Positions 1-12,080 of a stretch of 64,000 nt of DNA are shown here, piece by piece (position 1 is the stretch's first letter; every line of letters starts with the position of its first letter). The translations under genes and the position numbers were made by a program. The notes under the pieces were generated by a model. That model ran no database searches, was not told the origin of the DNA, and saw only the letters and a program-made list of their open reading frames with translations. Source of the DNA: Macrostomum hystrix (lineage: Eukaryota > Animalia > Platyhelminthes); the NCBI GenBank assembly GCA_950097015.1, contig CATNEN010000024.1, forward strand, positions 2,666,001 through 2,730,000, in the 5' to 3' direction.

Positions 1-159
1 CTTTGCCATTTATTTTTTTCAAGTTTTTCTGCTCAATAAGCTTTAAGCTTTACATAGGCTTACAGAGGGTTAGTGCTAGCCAGATAGAGGTGCTGATTAG
101 CTAGTAGAGAAGAAATACTACAGAAGTTACAAAACAACTCTATTCAGTTCCAGCCACCA

Positions 160-3100
160 ATGGAGCTGTTGGACATGCAGTTGGGCAGTGTGACCCAGCT
201 AGTCAGCAACAGCCTGCCAGCCAACTCGGCCATTCGACTTGTTGGCCGTGACTCTGGCAACGAGATTCTCCTGGCCACTCAGGATCAGCAGCTCGAAGGT
301 GCCACACCTGAAAATGACTCCAGCTATTCAACAGTCTACCTGGCCTGCCTACAGACCAATAGGGTGATGCGGCTGGCCAAACTGCAAGGCTGCAGTCAAG
401 TTCTGTCTGCCTCGTGCAGTCGCGATCGTGCCCGACTGTTGGCCTCCGTTCAGTTGAACAATCCGACTAGTCCCAAGCAGGCCTATGCTATTCTGTGCGT
501 GAACTGCAAAAATAGCTCAAATGGACCGGCTCCCCCAGTGCTAGTGCTCACGCAGCATGAGCGACCTGTCTGTTGTCGTCTGCTGCGACAGTCGGCAATT
601 AATGAGCCGGCCCTGGAGTACTTCCTGCAGTTCCGCTGCCTCAGGTGAGCGCATTGTGGTTGAACCCCGTTGAATGCGAGTCCATGCGAATCTTTTGGGT
701 AAACATCTGGAGTAACTATGCCATTGTTTTTATTGTAAAATGCCTGGTCATCTAGTTAGCAAAACCCAATAGAAGAATGCGACCGTGTAAGGCCGTTTAA
801 GAAGAATGCGAGAGTCGAAATCTAATAGAATTTGACTTTCTGTCCCTTACAGCAATGGTAGAGGCACCGTTGAATTGAAGAAATTCAGCCAACCCGACTT
901 GCAACTGGAAGCGGCGGCAGGAACGGAAGGTACAACAATAGTCCAGCTTCATCAGGTGATTAAGAAGCATGTGATCTGCTGCCAGTACTGCCCGGTGAAT
1001 CGCAGCCTATTCCTGCTCCACATTGACTCATTCTATGGCGATGTGCACCAATTCACATTCACCAGCCTGCACTGCTCAGCTAACAGGCTAGTGTACTCAA
1101 TCGTGTGCTCATTCCCCATCCAGTTGGGCATTCGGGCCAGCCGGTTAAATCGACATTTTAGTCCGGCTGTGCCTGGTGGTACCGCGCAACAGGTGCTGCT
1201 GTACAGCTGGCAGAGCACGGGACTGGCGGCCAACTGCGCTATGCCGCCGGCCTGCGATCACCTGGTCATGCTGGTGGACGGCAGCGCCGGATCCGGCGCT
1301 GATTGGCTGTTCAAGGTAGGCCATTTTAGTCTTCTCTAAAGATAATGTGACATCTTTCATCTGACTTTCTTATTGTCAGGCTGTGTACACTCTAACTGTC
1401 ATTGAAAGGAGAAAAGTCCCAACGCAAAGTTTATTTGATCCCGTCATTAAAACCTCAAATCACAGGTTTTCATTGTGCCAAATCGGTGCGTATTTACCTG
1501 CGCCTTGTCATCAGATACGGCCATGGCTGTTTCAAGCGTCAAAAATCTACCCCTACGCTGGTTGCTAAGCGATGGTTTCGTTTTTGTTTTCATTGGCAAC
1601 GCGGCGCTTTGCGTTGTGAACGCCAATCCTGGCGCGCTGCCACTGTCTGCCATCCTCCGATTGGACTGGCCAATTTTTGATCCGGCCGAATATCTGCTGG
1701 ACGCCTACTGCCCGGACATTGTGGCCGGCCTGGAAATCTTCTCTGTTGGACGCGGCTGGCGATTGCCGCTCCTGATTGGCCGGTTTCCCCTGAGCAGGCG
1801 ACGGCTGCTGGCCGAACTAGTCCGCTCGGACTGCGGCGGCAGCAGATTCGCCGCGAGACTGCTGCACTTACTGGTTAGGATTCCAACCGACAAATCCCTG
1901 AATTATCCCTCTTCCCTAATGGCCAGTTTTTCCATTCGCTATTATCAAGGTTCGCCATCCTTCTCAAATCCTCAGGTAGGTTCACTATCCTTTCCAAATC
2001 CTCAGGTAGGTTCACTATCCTTTCCAAATCCTCAGGTAGGTTCAATATCCTTCCCAGATCCCTCTGTTAAATCCCATATAATTCCCAGATCTCCAAGTAG
2101 ATCCGCCGTCATTTCGTATCGTACATGGGCGCATTTGATAGCTCTTTAATTGGCCTTCGATTCATTCCGCAGGTAAGCCTACGCCCGTCAACATCGTCGA
2201 GCGCCGCCATGTCGTCGGCCTCCTCGGTGCTGGACTCCGGGCAGCCAGTCTGGCAGCTGCTGCGCGCGCTGCTGTCCAATCCGAGAATTCGCATCGGCTT
2301 GGCACTTCGCCAACTTTTAGTGTCCTTAGTTGCTAGGCGAATGCGGCAACAGTTTCCTCAGGTACTAGGAGTAGAGTCCTAGAAGCCCACCGATTCCTAG
2401 AATCCCACGGATTCCTAAAATCCCACGGATTCCTAGAATCCCACGGATTCCTAGAATTCCATGGATTCCTAGAATTCTACGGATTCCTAGAATTCCATGG
2501 ATTCCTAGAATTCCATGGATTCCTAGAATCCCATGGATTCCTAGAATTCCATGGATTCCTAGAATCCTAGAATCCACCAATCGGTAGAAATCTCTTAGAG
2601 TTTACCAGCACATTCCTTTCCTTGCCAGGTGCATCACCGACTGTGCTTGAGTTGCTATGCAGCCGAGTTATCGGAGCCCAATAGGCGAGGCGGAGGCGGC
2701 GGCGCAGGCGGTGGAGAATCCGTGATCATCGGGCCCGGACACACCGTGGAGACCAGCTTTGGTGAATTATTTGCCGACATCTCCTTTGCGGAACGACCAC
2801 AGTCGGAATTGCAGGTAAGAAAATAAATATTTTCCAGAATTGTTTACCATCAGAATTAAGAATTAATGGATTGTAATTAAAGGAATCTGCTCGATTCTAA
2901 GAAACTGCTCGATTCTAGGAATGTGCTCGATTCTAAGAAACTGCTCGATTCTAGGAAACTGCTCGATTCTAGGAATCTTCTCGATTCTAGGAATCTGCTC
3001 GATTCTAGGAATCTTCTCGATTCTAGGAATCTGCTCGATTCTAGGAATCTGCTCGATTCTAGGAATCTGCTCGATTCTAGGAGTCTGCTCGATTCTAGGA

Positions 3101-5881
3101 ATCTGCTCGATTCTAGGAATCTGCTCGATTCTAGGAATCTGCTCGATTCTAGGAATCTGCTCGATTCTAGGAATCTTCTCGATTCTTGGAATCTGCTCGA
3201 TTCTAGGAATCTGCTCGATTCTAGAAATCTGCTCGATTCTAGGAATCTGCTCGATTCTAGGAATCTGCTCGATTCTAGGAGTCTGCTCGATTCTAGGAAT
3301 CTGCTCTTTACAATAGCTTGTAAGAATGAGCAAATTTCGCTGTTATTCCGCCCGTACAGGACAGCTGCTGGCGTCGTCTACTGGAAGGCCTGGCGGCCAG
3401 CCGTGGCGGCGCGGGAGCAGGCCCCCTCGGTCGGCAGGTGTTTCTTGATGGCCTGTGGCGGCGCGACGCAAACGACGCCGGCCTCCTGTCGCCGGATGAA
3501 GAAGACAACGTCGACTCTCTGGACGGTAGCAGCGACGCTTTCCTAGGCGAATTTTCTGGCTTCGAAGTGCTGGACGAATCCGCTGCCGACGAATTCGGAG
3601 CTTCGGCTGCGTCGCGGACATCGAATAGTCCGCTAGCCGAGGTGACCGACGCTCGGGCATTTCTGTCCGCCGCTCTTGACGAATCCCGGCTAAGGCTGGC
3701 GCCCAGCTTCAAATACCGTCTCTGCCGGCAGAGTATGCCGCTGCTGCAGCCCCACCTTCCGGACCAGACCGACCTGGTCACCTATCAGGTGAATGGGGAG
3801 AGGAAGAGTAGAAGTGGGAGAGAAAGAGTAGAAGTGGGAGAGGAAGAGTAGAAGTGGGAGAGAAAGAGTAGAGATGGGAGAGGTGGGAGAGAAAGAGTAG
3901 AGGTGGGAGAGAAAGAGTAGAGATGGGAGAGGTGGGAGAGGAAGAGTAGAGGTGAGGGAGGAAGAGTAGAGGTGGGAGAGGTGGGAGAGAAAGAGTAGAG
4001 GTGGGAGAGAAAGAGTAGAGATGGGAGAGGTGGGAGAGGAAGAGTAGAGGTGAGGGAGGAAGAGTAGAGGTGGGAGAGGTGGGAGAGAAAGAGTTGAGGT
4101 GGGAGAGGAAGAGTAGAGGTGAGGGAGGAAGAGTAGAGGTGAGGGAGGAAGAGTAGAGGTAAGGGAGGAAGAGTAGAGGTGAGGGAGGAAGAGTAGAGGT
4201 GAGGGAGGAAGAGTAGAGGTGGGAGAGAAAGAGTTGAGGTGGGAGTGGAAGAGTACAGGTGGGAGAGAAAGAGTACAGGTGGGAGAGGTGGGAGAGAAAG
4301 AGTACAGGTGGGAGAGGTGGGAGAGAAAGAGTAGAGGTGGGAGAGTTGGGGAGAAATGTCAAAATAATTTTTTAAAGGTGACTTAACAATTTAAGACAAA
4401 AGAAATCGCGTCGCCGTCTTTCGACAGAACGCTCTGGACCGCGCCCTGACAACCGAGATCGGCTTCCTCTGCCGCCTGGCGCACTGGTACGGCCGCGACC
4501 CGGCCGAGTCCCTGGCCTGCCTGCAGCAGCTGGCCCTTTGCCTGGCTGAGTTCATGCCCGTGCCTGCTGGACTGCAGCTTGCCCTCACCTGCTTGAGCCT
4601 GCTGGCACTCAGCCCCGACCAGGTGGGCCACTGCCCTGTGGGATAGATTAGCAGTCCTATCTATTCCTCATCCATGGGATAGATTAGCAATCCATTCTAT
4701 TCCTTCACCCATGGGATAGATTAGCAATCCATTCTATTCCCTCATCCATGGGATAGATTAGCAATCCATTCTATTCCTTCACCCATGGGATAGATTAGCA
4801 ATCCATTCTATTCCTTCATCCATGGGATAGATTAGCAATCCATTCTATTCCCTCATCCATGGGATAGATTAGCAATCCATTCTATTCCCTCATCTATGGG
4901 ATAGATTAGCAATCCATTCTATTCCCTCATCCATGGGATAGATTAGCAATCCATTCTATTCCTTCATCTATGGGATAGATTAGCAATCCATTCTATTCCT
5001 TCATCTATGGGATAGATTAGCAATCCATTATATTCCCTCATCCATGGGATAGATTAGCAATCCATTCTATTCCCTCATCCATGGGATAGATTAGCAATCC
5101 ATTCTATTCCCTCATCTATGGGATAGATTAGCAATCCATTCTATTCCCTCATCCATGGGATAGATTAGCAATCCATTCTATTCCCTCACCCATGGGATAG
5201 ATTAGCAATCCATTCTATTCCCTCACCCATGGGATAGATTAGCAATCCATTCTATTCCCTCATCTATGGGATAGATTAGCAATCCATTCTATTCCCTCAC
5301 CCATGGGATAGATTAGCAATCCATTCTATTCCCTCACCCATGGGATAGATTAGCAACCCATTCTATTCCCTCATTTATGGGATAGATTAGCAATCCATTC
5401 TATTCATTCACCCATGGGATAGATTAGCAATCCATTCTATTCCCTCATCCATGGATTAGCAATCCATTCTATTCCTTCACCCATGGGATAGATTAGCAAT
5501 CCATTCTATTCCCTCATTCATGGGATAGATTAGCAATCCATTCTATTCCCTCACCCATGGGATAGATTAGCAATCCATTCTATTCCCTCACCCATGGACT
5601 AGGCTAGCACTCCACTTCGGTCGTGCCCGCAGGTTCTGTCCCGCCTTCAGCGCTGTCCGGGCTACTTCAGTTCCGACTGGCGCGTGGCGGCATTCGCCCT
5701 GTTGCACCTGCCTGACACCGCCGGGTCGCAGCAGGCCGCGAAGCGACTCAAACAGCGCCTGCTCAACGGCCTGCCCCGGCAGCTGGCCGAACGATTGGTG
5801 ACTGCCGCGGCCGCTGCTCCCGGCCCGGTCACGCGACCTGCCAGCTACCGACTGGCTGTGCCAGCTGCCTCCGGGAAGTGA
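160..5881 (+). CDS. GSAP: Gamma-secretase-activating protein / pigeon-like, 8 coding exons, about 867 aa
   Basis: Exons 160-644, 853-1315, 1466-1873, 2173-2361, 2629-2814, 3360-3788, 4428-4622 and 5633-5881. All junctions are GT-AG and phase-consistent; total 2604 nt. Colinear similarity to remembered human GSAP segments: QVLSASCSRDRARLLASV ~ QVFSCSVNSERTLLAASL; FVFVFIGNAALCVVNANP ~ YVAVYLPGHFFHLLNVQHP; FMPVPAGLQLALTCL ~ FLPLPPGFHTLHTIL; LKQRLLNGLPRQL ~ LKFSIIVRLPPLI. Length is close to human GSAP (about 850 aa). Orthology is from memory, not a search. Confidence 0.62.
1948..2060. repeat. 30-bp tandem repeat (about 3.7 copies), GSAP intron 3
   Basis: Unit AGGTTCACTATCCTTTCCAAATCCTCAGGT recurs at 1948, 1978, 2008 and 2038. 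Confidence 0.85.
2385..2575. repeat. 18-bp minisatellite, GSAP intron 4
   Basis: Unit GATTCCTAGAAT(C/T)CCA(C/T)G. Confidence 0.9.
2882..3305. repeat. 18-bp minisatellite, GSAP intron 5
   Basis: Unit GATTCTAGGAATCTGCTC, about 23 copies. It explains the spurious repetitive ORFs. Confidence 0.95.
3795..4345. repeat. Purine-rich degenerate tandem repeat, GSAP intron 6
   Basis: Built from GAGTAGAGGTG(G/A)GAGAG(G/A)AA and GGTGGGAGA modules. Confidence 0.9.
4639..5597. repeat. 37-bp minisatellite, GSAP intron 7
   Basis: Unit CCATGGGATAGATTAGCAATCCATTCTATTCCCTCAT, about 26 copies. Confidence 0.95.
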
Positions 5882-5888
5882 CGCATTC

Positions 5889-6195
5889 GACAATGGCTGT
5901 GACAGGTTCTGACTGACATTTATGACATTGGCTGTGACAGCTTCTGACTGACATTTCTGACAATGGCTGTGACAGCTTCTGACTGATATTTCTGACAATG
6001 GCTGTGACAGCTTCTGACTGACATTTCTGACATTGGCTGTGACAGCTTCTGACTGACATTTCTGACAATGGCTGTGACAGGTTCTGACTGATATTTCTGA
6101 CAATGGCTGTGACAGGTTCTGACTGATATTTCTGACAATGGCTGTGACAGGTTCTGACTGATATTTCTGACACTGGCTGTGACAGCTTCTGACAG
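5889..6195. repeat. 35-bp minisatellite immediately after the GSAP stop
   Basis: Unit TGACAATGGCTGTGACAGCTTCTGACTGACATTTC. Confidence 0.9.
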
Positions 6196-6410
6196 AAGTC
6201 AGTCAGACACGGTCACGTGTTCAGACTAATATACAATTCGGCTGTTAAAATTCTTTCCTTGGAGAAATGCGTGCGGTAGAATGCCCGTTCTTGATTATTT
6301 ATTCATTATAATAATTTTTCTATTGTATGAATTTTATAACCTATCAATAGATTGCATCCACATCACAAATCAATTTTGTGGTTTGTGGATTTTCAAATTC
6401 TGCTTTCCTA

Positions 6411-7782
6411 CTTCGGGTGTCCGGAAAGTCATGAGAATGTGTTATTCTAACTACTTAGACACAAACTATTGACAAGATACTGTACCATTCTAACACTTGA
6501 CTTAATATATGTCTATGGCTGAAAGAGCTAGATTCTAGCTTCAAATTTGGGGGTAAGGCTGATGGTTATAACTTAGAAGTCTAGGCCACTGCAACGCAGA
6601 GGCAAAGCAAATATCTATCGTTACTTTTTTCTTCATTGATCCTTGCTGCTGCTTTGAGATGGACGAGTTTCAAGCTTATGCTTATACCAGGTATAAGCTT
6701 GGTATATCTGCTCCTGATTGCCATGGAGAACTGCTGAAAGTGCATGGAGATGTGGCGCCTGGTCTGTCGTCAGTGTACCGATGGTACACAAGGTTCCGTG
6801 ACGAGTCGTACCCACTGGCCCAAGCTGCCCGTACTGGCCGGCCGAGATCGACGAGAACACCAGAGCTGATCGAGACCTGCAGAAATCTCGTGAAAGAAGA
6901 CCCAAAAGTGAGCGTCAGAGATCTTGCTGACTTCATGGAGGTTGGGAAATCAACAGTGCATGAAATATTGACTGAAGACCTGCAACTTCGCAATGTGTCT
7001 GCCGTGTGGGTCCCGCATGTTCTCTCCGAGGAGAACAAGGTTGCTCGCGTCAATTGTGCCAAGCAAATACGTCGGATTTTTCATACCGAGGGCATGACCA
7101 GCTTCTGCAACAAGTACGTGGTGGAGGACGAGGCGTGGGTGTACCTTAAAAACACTGGTAAACGGTAGAACAACCGGTGCTGGCTGGATCAAGGCGACCA
7201 TCGACCTCAAGTTGTGAGACACTCAGTCGGGGACCCAAAGACAATGCTGGTAGTCGCTTTCACCCCAAGCAAGCGATTCTCTATCATGTCAACGGCGCCA
7301 AAGCAGACTGTTGATGCCAATCGCATCGTTGAATTCGTTCGACACACAGGTGACCTATGGCGGAGCCTCAGATCACAGCCAATTCATCTGTCCGAAGTCT
7401 TGTGGCAGTGGGACAACGCACGACCTCGTGTGGCCCAGCCTGTGCAGCAGTACATGGAGACTCGTGGAGTTCAACTGCTTTTTCAGAGTCCCTTCAGCCC
7501 TGATTTCAATTTATGCGACCGTTTTTTCCTTAATTGGCTAAAATCGGACTTCTCGAAGCGGGAGTTCAGCAGCCACGATGAGGTCCGCGAGGCCGCGTTG
7601 CAGTGGGCGAGGGGTCTGGATGCAAACTGCTTGAAACGCGAGGTTCTACGGCTCGTGGAGCACTGCCAAGCTGTGATTGACTTCAGGGGAAATTACATTA
7701 CTGATTAGTAAAGTTTCACTGTTCTGTGCGTTTTTATAATTAACCTTTTGTAGTTTTCTCATGACTTTCCGGACACCCGGAA
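6411..7782 (+). mobile_element. Mariner (Tc1/mariner, DD34D) DNA transposon, full length, 1372 bp
   Basis: About 27-bp TIRs: CTTCGGGTGTCCGGAAAGTCATGAGAA (6411-6437) and its near-perfect inverse ending at 7782. Flanked by TA at 6409-6410 and 7783-7784. Encloses the transposase frame. Confidence 0.93.
6659..7708 (+). pseudogene. Mariner transposase interrupted by one in-frame TAG (7166-7168)
   Basis: ORFs 6659-7168 and 7214-7708 are in the same frame. Motifs WVPHVL, EDEAW, WDNARP and SPFSPDFNLCD are present, with 34 residues between the 2nd and 3rd catalytic Asp. The protein would be 349 aa if the stop were a sense codon. Confidence 0.9.
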
Positions 7783-8059
7783 TAGTTTTTCTAAATTTAT
7801 CGATCTAAAGTGAAATGATCTTTTGCATTAACATTTTTTACTGCCGCGTGACAATCTGTGTAACTTGTGTGCGTGTCTGCACATCGTCAAAGACCTCGTA
7901 TTTTGATTACTATTCTGCAAACTTTATATTTTACATAAAATTTGTGAAATGGTTCTTTTCGGTAAAGTAATCAATTTAGCTTATTTTAGGATTAAATCAG
8001 TCATTTACTAAGGTATTTGATTGATCATCAAGATTAATAGTTTAATTGTAACAACATAA

Positions 8060-8197
8060 TAAATGATTACACTTGCCCCAATTGGGCCAGATGTGCAGCC
8101 GACTGCACAGCCGCAGCTATCTACGCACAAATTGTTGCAGAAGAGTCGGGAATCGAACCCCCGACCTTCAAGTCACGAGTCCGACGTTCTAACCACA
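8060..8197 (-). mobile_element. tRNA-derived SINE family A, internally deleted copy
   Basis: The reverse strand shows GTGGTTAGAACGTCGGACTC...GGTTCGATTCCC (A and B boxes), joined to the 3' GCTGCGGCTGTGCAGTCGGCTGCACATCTGG segment shared with the copies at 36350 and 44196. Confidence 0.75.
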
Positions 8198-9159
8198 ACC
8201 CCTAAATTAATCGAGGTTAATCAATAATTTTCTGGAACAAAAATAATTTGCTCATACTACTACTGGCGTAATACTCAGTAGTATTGACTGAGTAGTGCGC
8301 TGAATAACTAATTAGCATATTGCAATTGGCCCAGACAATATTTGTGCTTCTTGTTATTAGCTCAATCTTTCAAGCCACCCGCAGTGTTAGCTTGTGGTTC
8401 TAACAAAGTTATTTCATTAAACTCATAGACCTCTATAGACCGCGCAGAGTTAGACACCCGATCCCGTAGGCTCTACGTTGTAGTGGGAAATTTTCTTTCG
8501 CAAAAGGAAAAAAACTCGATTGAGTAGCTTGTCGCTCTACTCAGATAGATTTCCTCAACCCCAACACACACACACACAAACATCTTCCTGAGAAATCTGT
8601 AGATTAAGAAGCCGACGAGGCTACAAATGAAAGCAGTTTTGTAGGTGGGTAGTCCAGCTGGCGTCGATAATGGAACCAGTTTGTTCGGGGGGGAATAAGC
8701 GGTCTGTGTAAGGCGATACGGCCACAGTAAACAATGAGGAAACCTTTGGCAATTGGAAAGCTTTGCTTGCTTAAGACTGTCGAGGTCCCACTTCATCTGG
8801 TTAGTGTTTGGAGCCTGTGTGTTCGTGTGGTTAATTTAGATTTAGGCTGCAGCTGTAACATGATCCCGGCCGGCCCCAGTGATGATGCATCAGTGTGTGC
8901 TGCTGCTGTGAGTGATTTGATTTTCGCTTCTTAAGTCAATCTCTCCAGTGTCCAGTCTCAGATTTAGATTTTCACTGACTGAACTGTGTGTGAGTCTATA
9001 CACTCGCAGCAAGCTCAAAGTTTGGATTTCTCGAGCGGTGCGAGAAGACACAACTCGACCTTTTTTTCTTGGTGCGTGTAGAGACCTCGAGAGGCAGCAG
9101 CTGCGTTGGTTACCACGTTGTGCTGCTCCTGCTATAGAAATGTTTCTAGATGCATCCTA

Positions 9160-10048
9160 GACTGAAAATTCGTAGAAAACTGTACATTCCAAGAAAACTG
9201 CACAAATTCTAGAAGAAGGTACATTCGAAGAAAAATGTACATTCTTAGAAAAATGTAAATTCCTAGAAAAATGTAAATTCATCGAAAACTGTACATTCAT
9301 AGAAAAATGTACATTCCTGGAAAACTGTTCATTCGTAGAAAACTGTACATTCGTAGAAAACCGTACATTCATAGAAAACTGTACATTCATAGAAAACGGT
9401 ACATTCCTAGAAAACTGTACATTCGTAGAAAACTGTTCATTCGTAGAAAACTGTTCATTCGAAGAAAACTGTACATTCGTAGAAAACTGTTCATTCGAAG
9501 AAAACTGTACATTCCTAGAAAAATGTACATTCCTGGAAAACTGTACATTCATCGAAAACTGTACATTCATAGAAAACTGTTCATTCCTAGAAAACTGTAC
9601 ATTCATAGAAAAATGTACATTCATAGAAAACTGTACATTCATAGAAAACTGTACATTCATAGAAAACTGTACATTCATAGAAAACTGTACATTCATAGAA
9701 AACTGTTCATTCCTAGAAAACTGTACATTCATAGAAAAATGTACATTCCTGGAAAACTGTTCATTCGTAGAAAACTGTACATTCGTAGAAAACCGTACAT
9801 TCATAGAAAACTGTACATTCGTAGAAAACTGTACATTCATAGAAAAATGTACATTCCTGGAAAACTGTTCATTCGTAGAAAACTGTACATTCATAGAAAA
9901 CTGTACATTCGTAGAAAACTGTTCATTCGTAGAAAACTGTACATTCGTAGAAAACTGTTCATTCGAAGAAAACTGTACATTCCTAGAAAAATGTACATTC
10001 GTAGAAAAATGTACATTCGTAGAAAAATGTACATTCGAAGAAAACTGT
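9160..10048. repeat. 18-bp minisatellite
   Basis: Unit TAGAAAACTGTACATTC(A/G), about 49 copies. Confidence 0.95.
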
Positions 10049-10911
10049 AAAAATAACAATGTACACCCTAAGAAAAAAAATACAATGGTAGAAAACTGCA
10101 AAGCCGTAGAAATCTACTACTGTACACTCGGAAAGCTGCTGTAAATAATAGAAAGATGATACAAAGATAATGAATAAAATGAGGATTGCAATTTGTATGT
10201 AGAAATTCGACAACAACTATATTTGTGCAGGTTAGTTGAAAATGGTTTATAACCGAAGCTTTGACAGAAAAAATCAGTTTTATCTTATTTTCCTTCAAGT
10301 TACAAACATATTTTACTTTCATAATTCAGCAGATATTTTATATAAACAATTATTTTAGCAGATTAGCCAACCGCCAAGGCAACTGCGTGTGGCAGCGGTT
10401 TACCTGTGCAAATAAACAAACTATTATCTATTGGGCTACGGAAGAGGTAGGAGAAGAAGAAGACAACCAAAGCCTTATCTTCCTGAGCCATTTAATTCCT
10501 TTTGCCGATATTTTGATTGGCTTTGGTCGATGAAAAATTAGTCAAACACGCTTTCACTGATAGAAAAATATAGCAGAACAGCAGTAGATCTACGGACAAC
10601 TTCAATTGAACCCGGGGCTCCTTGGTTACTGGAAAGGTCTGTGGGATTTAATCCTGGCCCTGGACCCAGCAATTGGAGCCGCTTCTTATCTAGGACCCAA
10701 GAAAATAAACGGAAAGTAGAAATTAGCTTTTCAAATTGCTAACTATCTAAATCGCATGCGATGCGCGGTCTCGTAGACTGACACTTAACCTGTTCTGTCA
10801 GTCTGTATTGTCTGCTAAGTCTGTTTCATGCTGTTCATTGTGTCTGTCTGCTGTATCGGTCTCCGAGTTGTAGCTAGTCAGTTATACTAGTACGGCTCGT
10901 ATATAGTTCTA

Positions 10912-11490
10912 CCAAATCTATCCAAATCTATCCAAATCTATCCGCATCTATCCATATCTATCCACATCTATCCACATCTATCCACATCTATCCACATCTA
11001 TCGACATCTATACACATCTATCCGCATCTATCCACATCTATCCACATCTATCCAAATCTATCCACATCTATCCATATATATCCACATCTATCCAAATTTA
11101 TCCAAATTTATCCACATCAATCCACATCTATCCAAATATATCCACATCTATCCAAATATATCCACATCTATCGAAATCTATCCTGATCTTTCCGAATCTA
11201 TCTAAATCCAAATCTATCCACATCTATCCATATATATCCACATCTATCCAAATTTATCCAAATTTATCCACATCAATCCACATCTATCCAAATATATCCA
11301 CATCTATCCAAATCTATCCAAATCTATCCACATCTATCCAAATCTATCCTGATCTTTCCGAATCTATCTAAATCCAAATCTATCCACATCTATCCAAATC
11401 TATCCACATCTATCCAAATCTATCCACATCTATCCACATCTATCTTAATCTATACTAATCTATCCTAGTCTACCCAAATTAATCCTAATC
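10912..11490. repeat. 10-bp minisatellite
   Basis: Unit TATCCACATC / TATCCAAATC. Confidence 0.93.
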
Positions 11491-12080
11491 TATCCAAATT
11501 AAGCGATCACTCAAGGACCATTACAGCACCGTCCCGGGTCCTATTTGTGGTATTTGACTGCGACTAGCAATTGCCTATCAATTCAAAGTATTAAAAAGCA
11601 ATCCGAAAATCAGGTCCTATTGCACCCACCAATCCGTTTCTCAAATGTCTATTTCCGGAACAATCAAATGGCAATCAAACTAAAACTAGGGGGTTTGGCG
11701 GCAAAGGAACGAGATTTTTTTTAGAAAGGATCAAATTCATCTGCCCAGGCAGCTGTTCAGCTCGCAAACTTTGAAAAACAAGCCATTTACTCAGTCCGCG
11801 TGTGTCGGAGCAGCTTAGAGACATGCGCGAAACTTTTTTTGCAGGGATTGCGTCCAGTTTTGCAATTTCTAGAGACAGTCAGGAAGCTCTCCGCTAGACT
11901 ATGTTTGCTTAAGTAACCGAGTGCTCGCTTAAATATCTCATTTTCGTGTTCATGCTCTTGAGCATGAAAGTTGAGCCCATTTGTCTCTTCTTCTGTGAGT
12001 CGATCTTTCCGCTTCAATTCTGCCGTGGACTGGATATATTTGTGCAGAGAACTGCTGGTCACCGCCTGTGCGGGTCTTGA

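Noticed and set aside
1380-1568. Alternative GSAP exon using the acceptor at 1379 (ORF 1383-1568)
   Set aside because: It is in frame with exon 2 but terminates at 1568. The acceptor at 1465 preserves the long frame and the GSAP-like motifs. It could at most be a minor NMD isoform.
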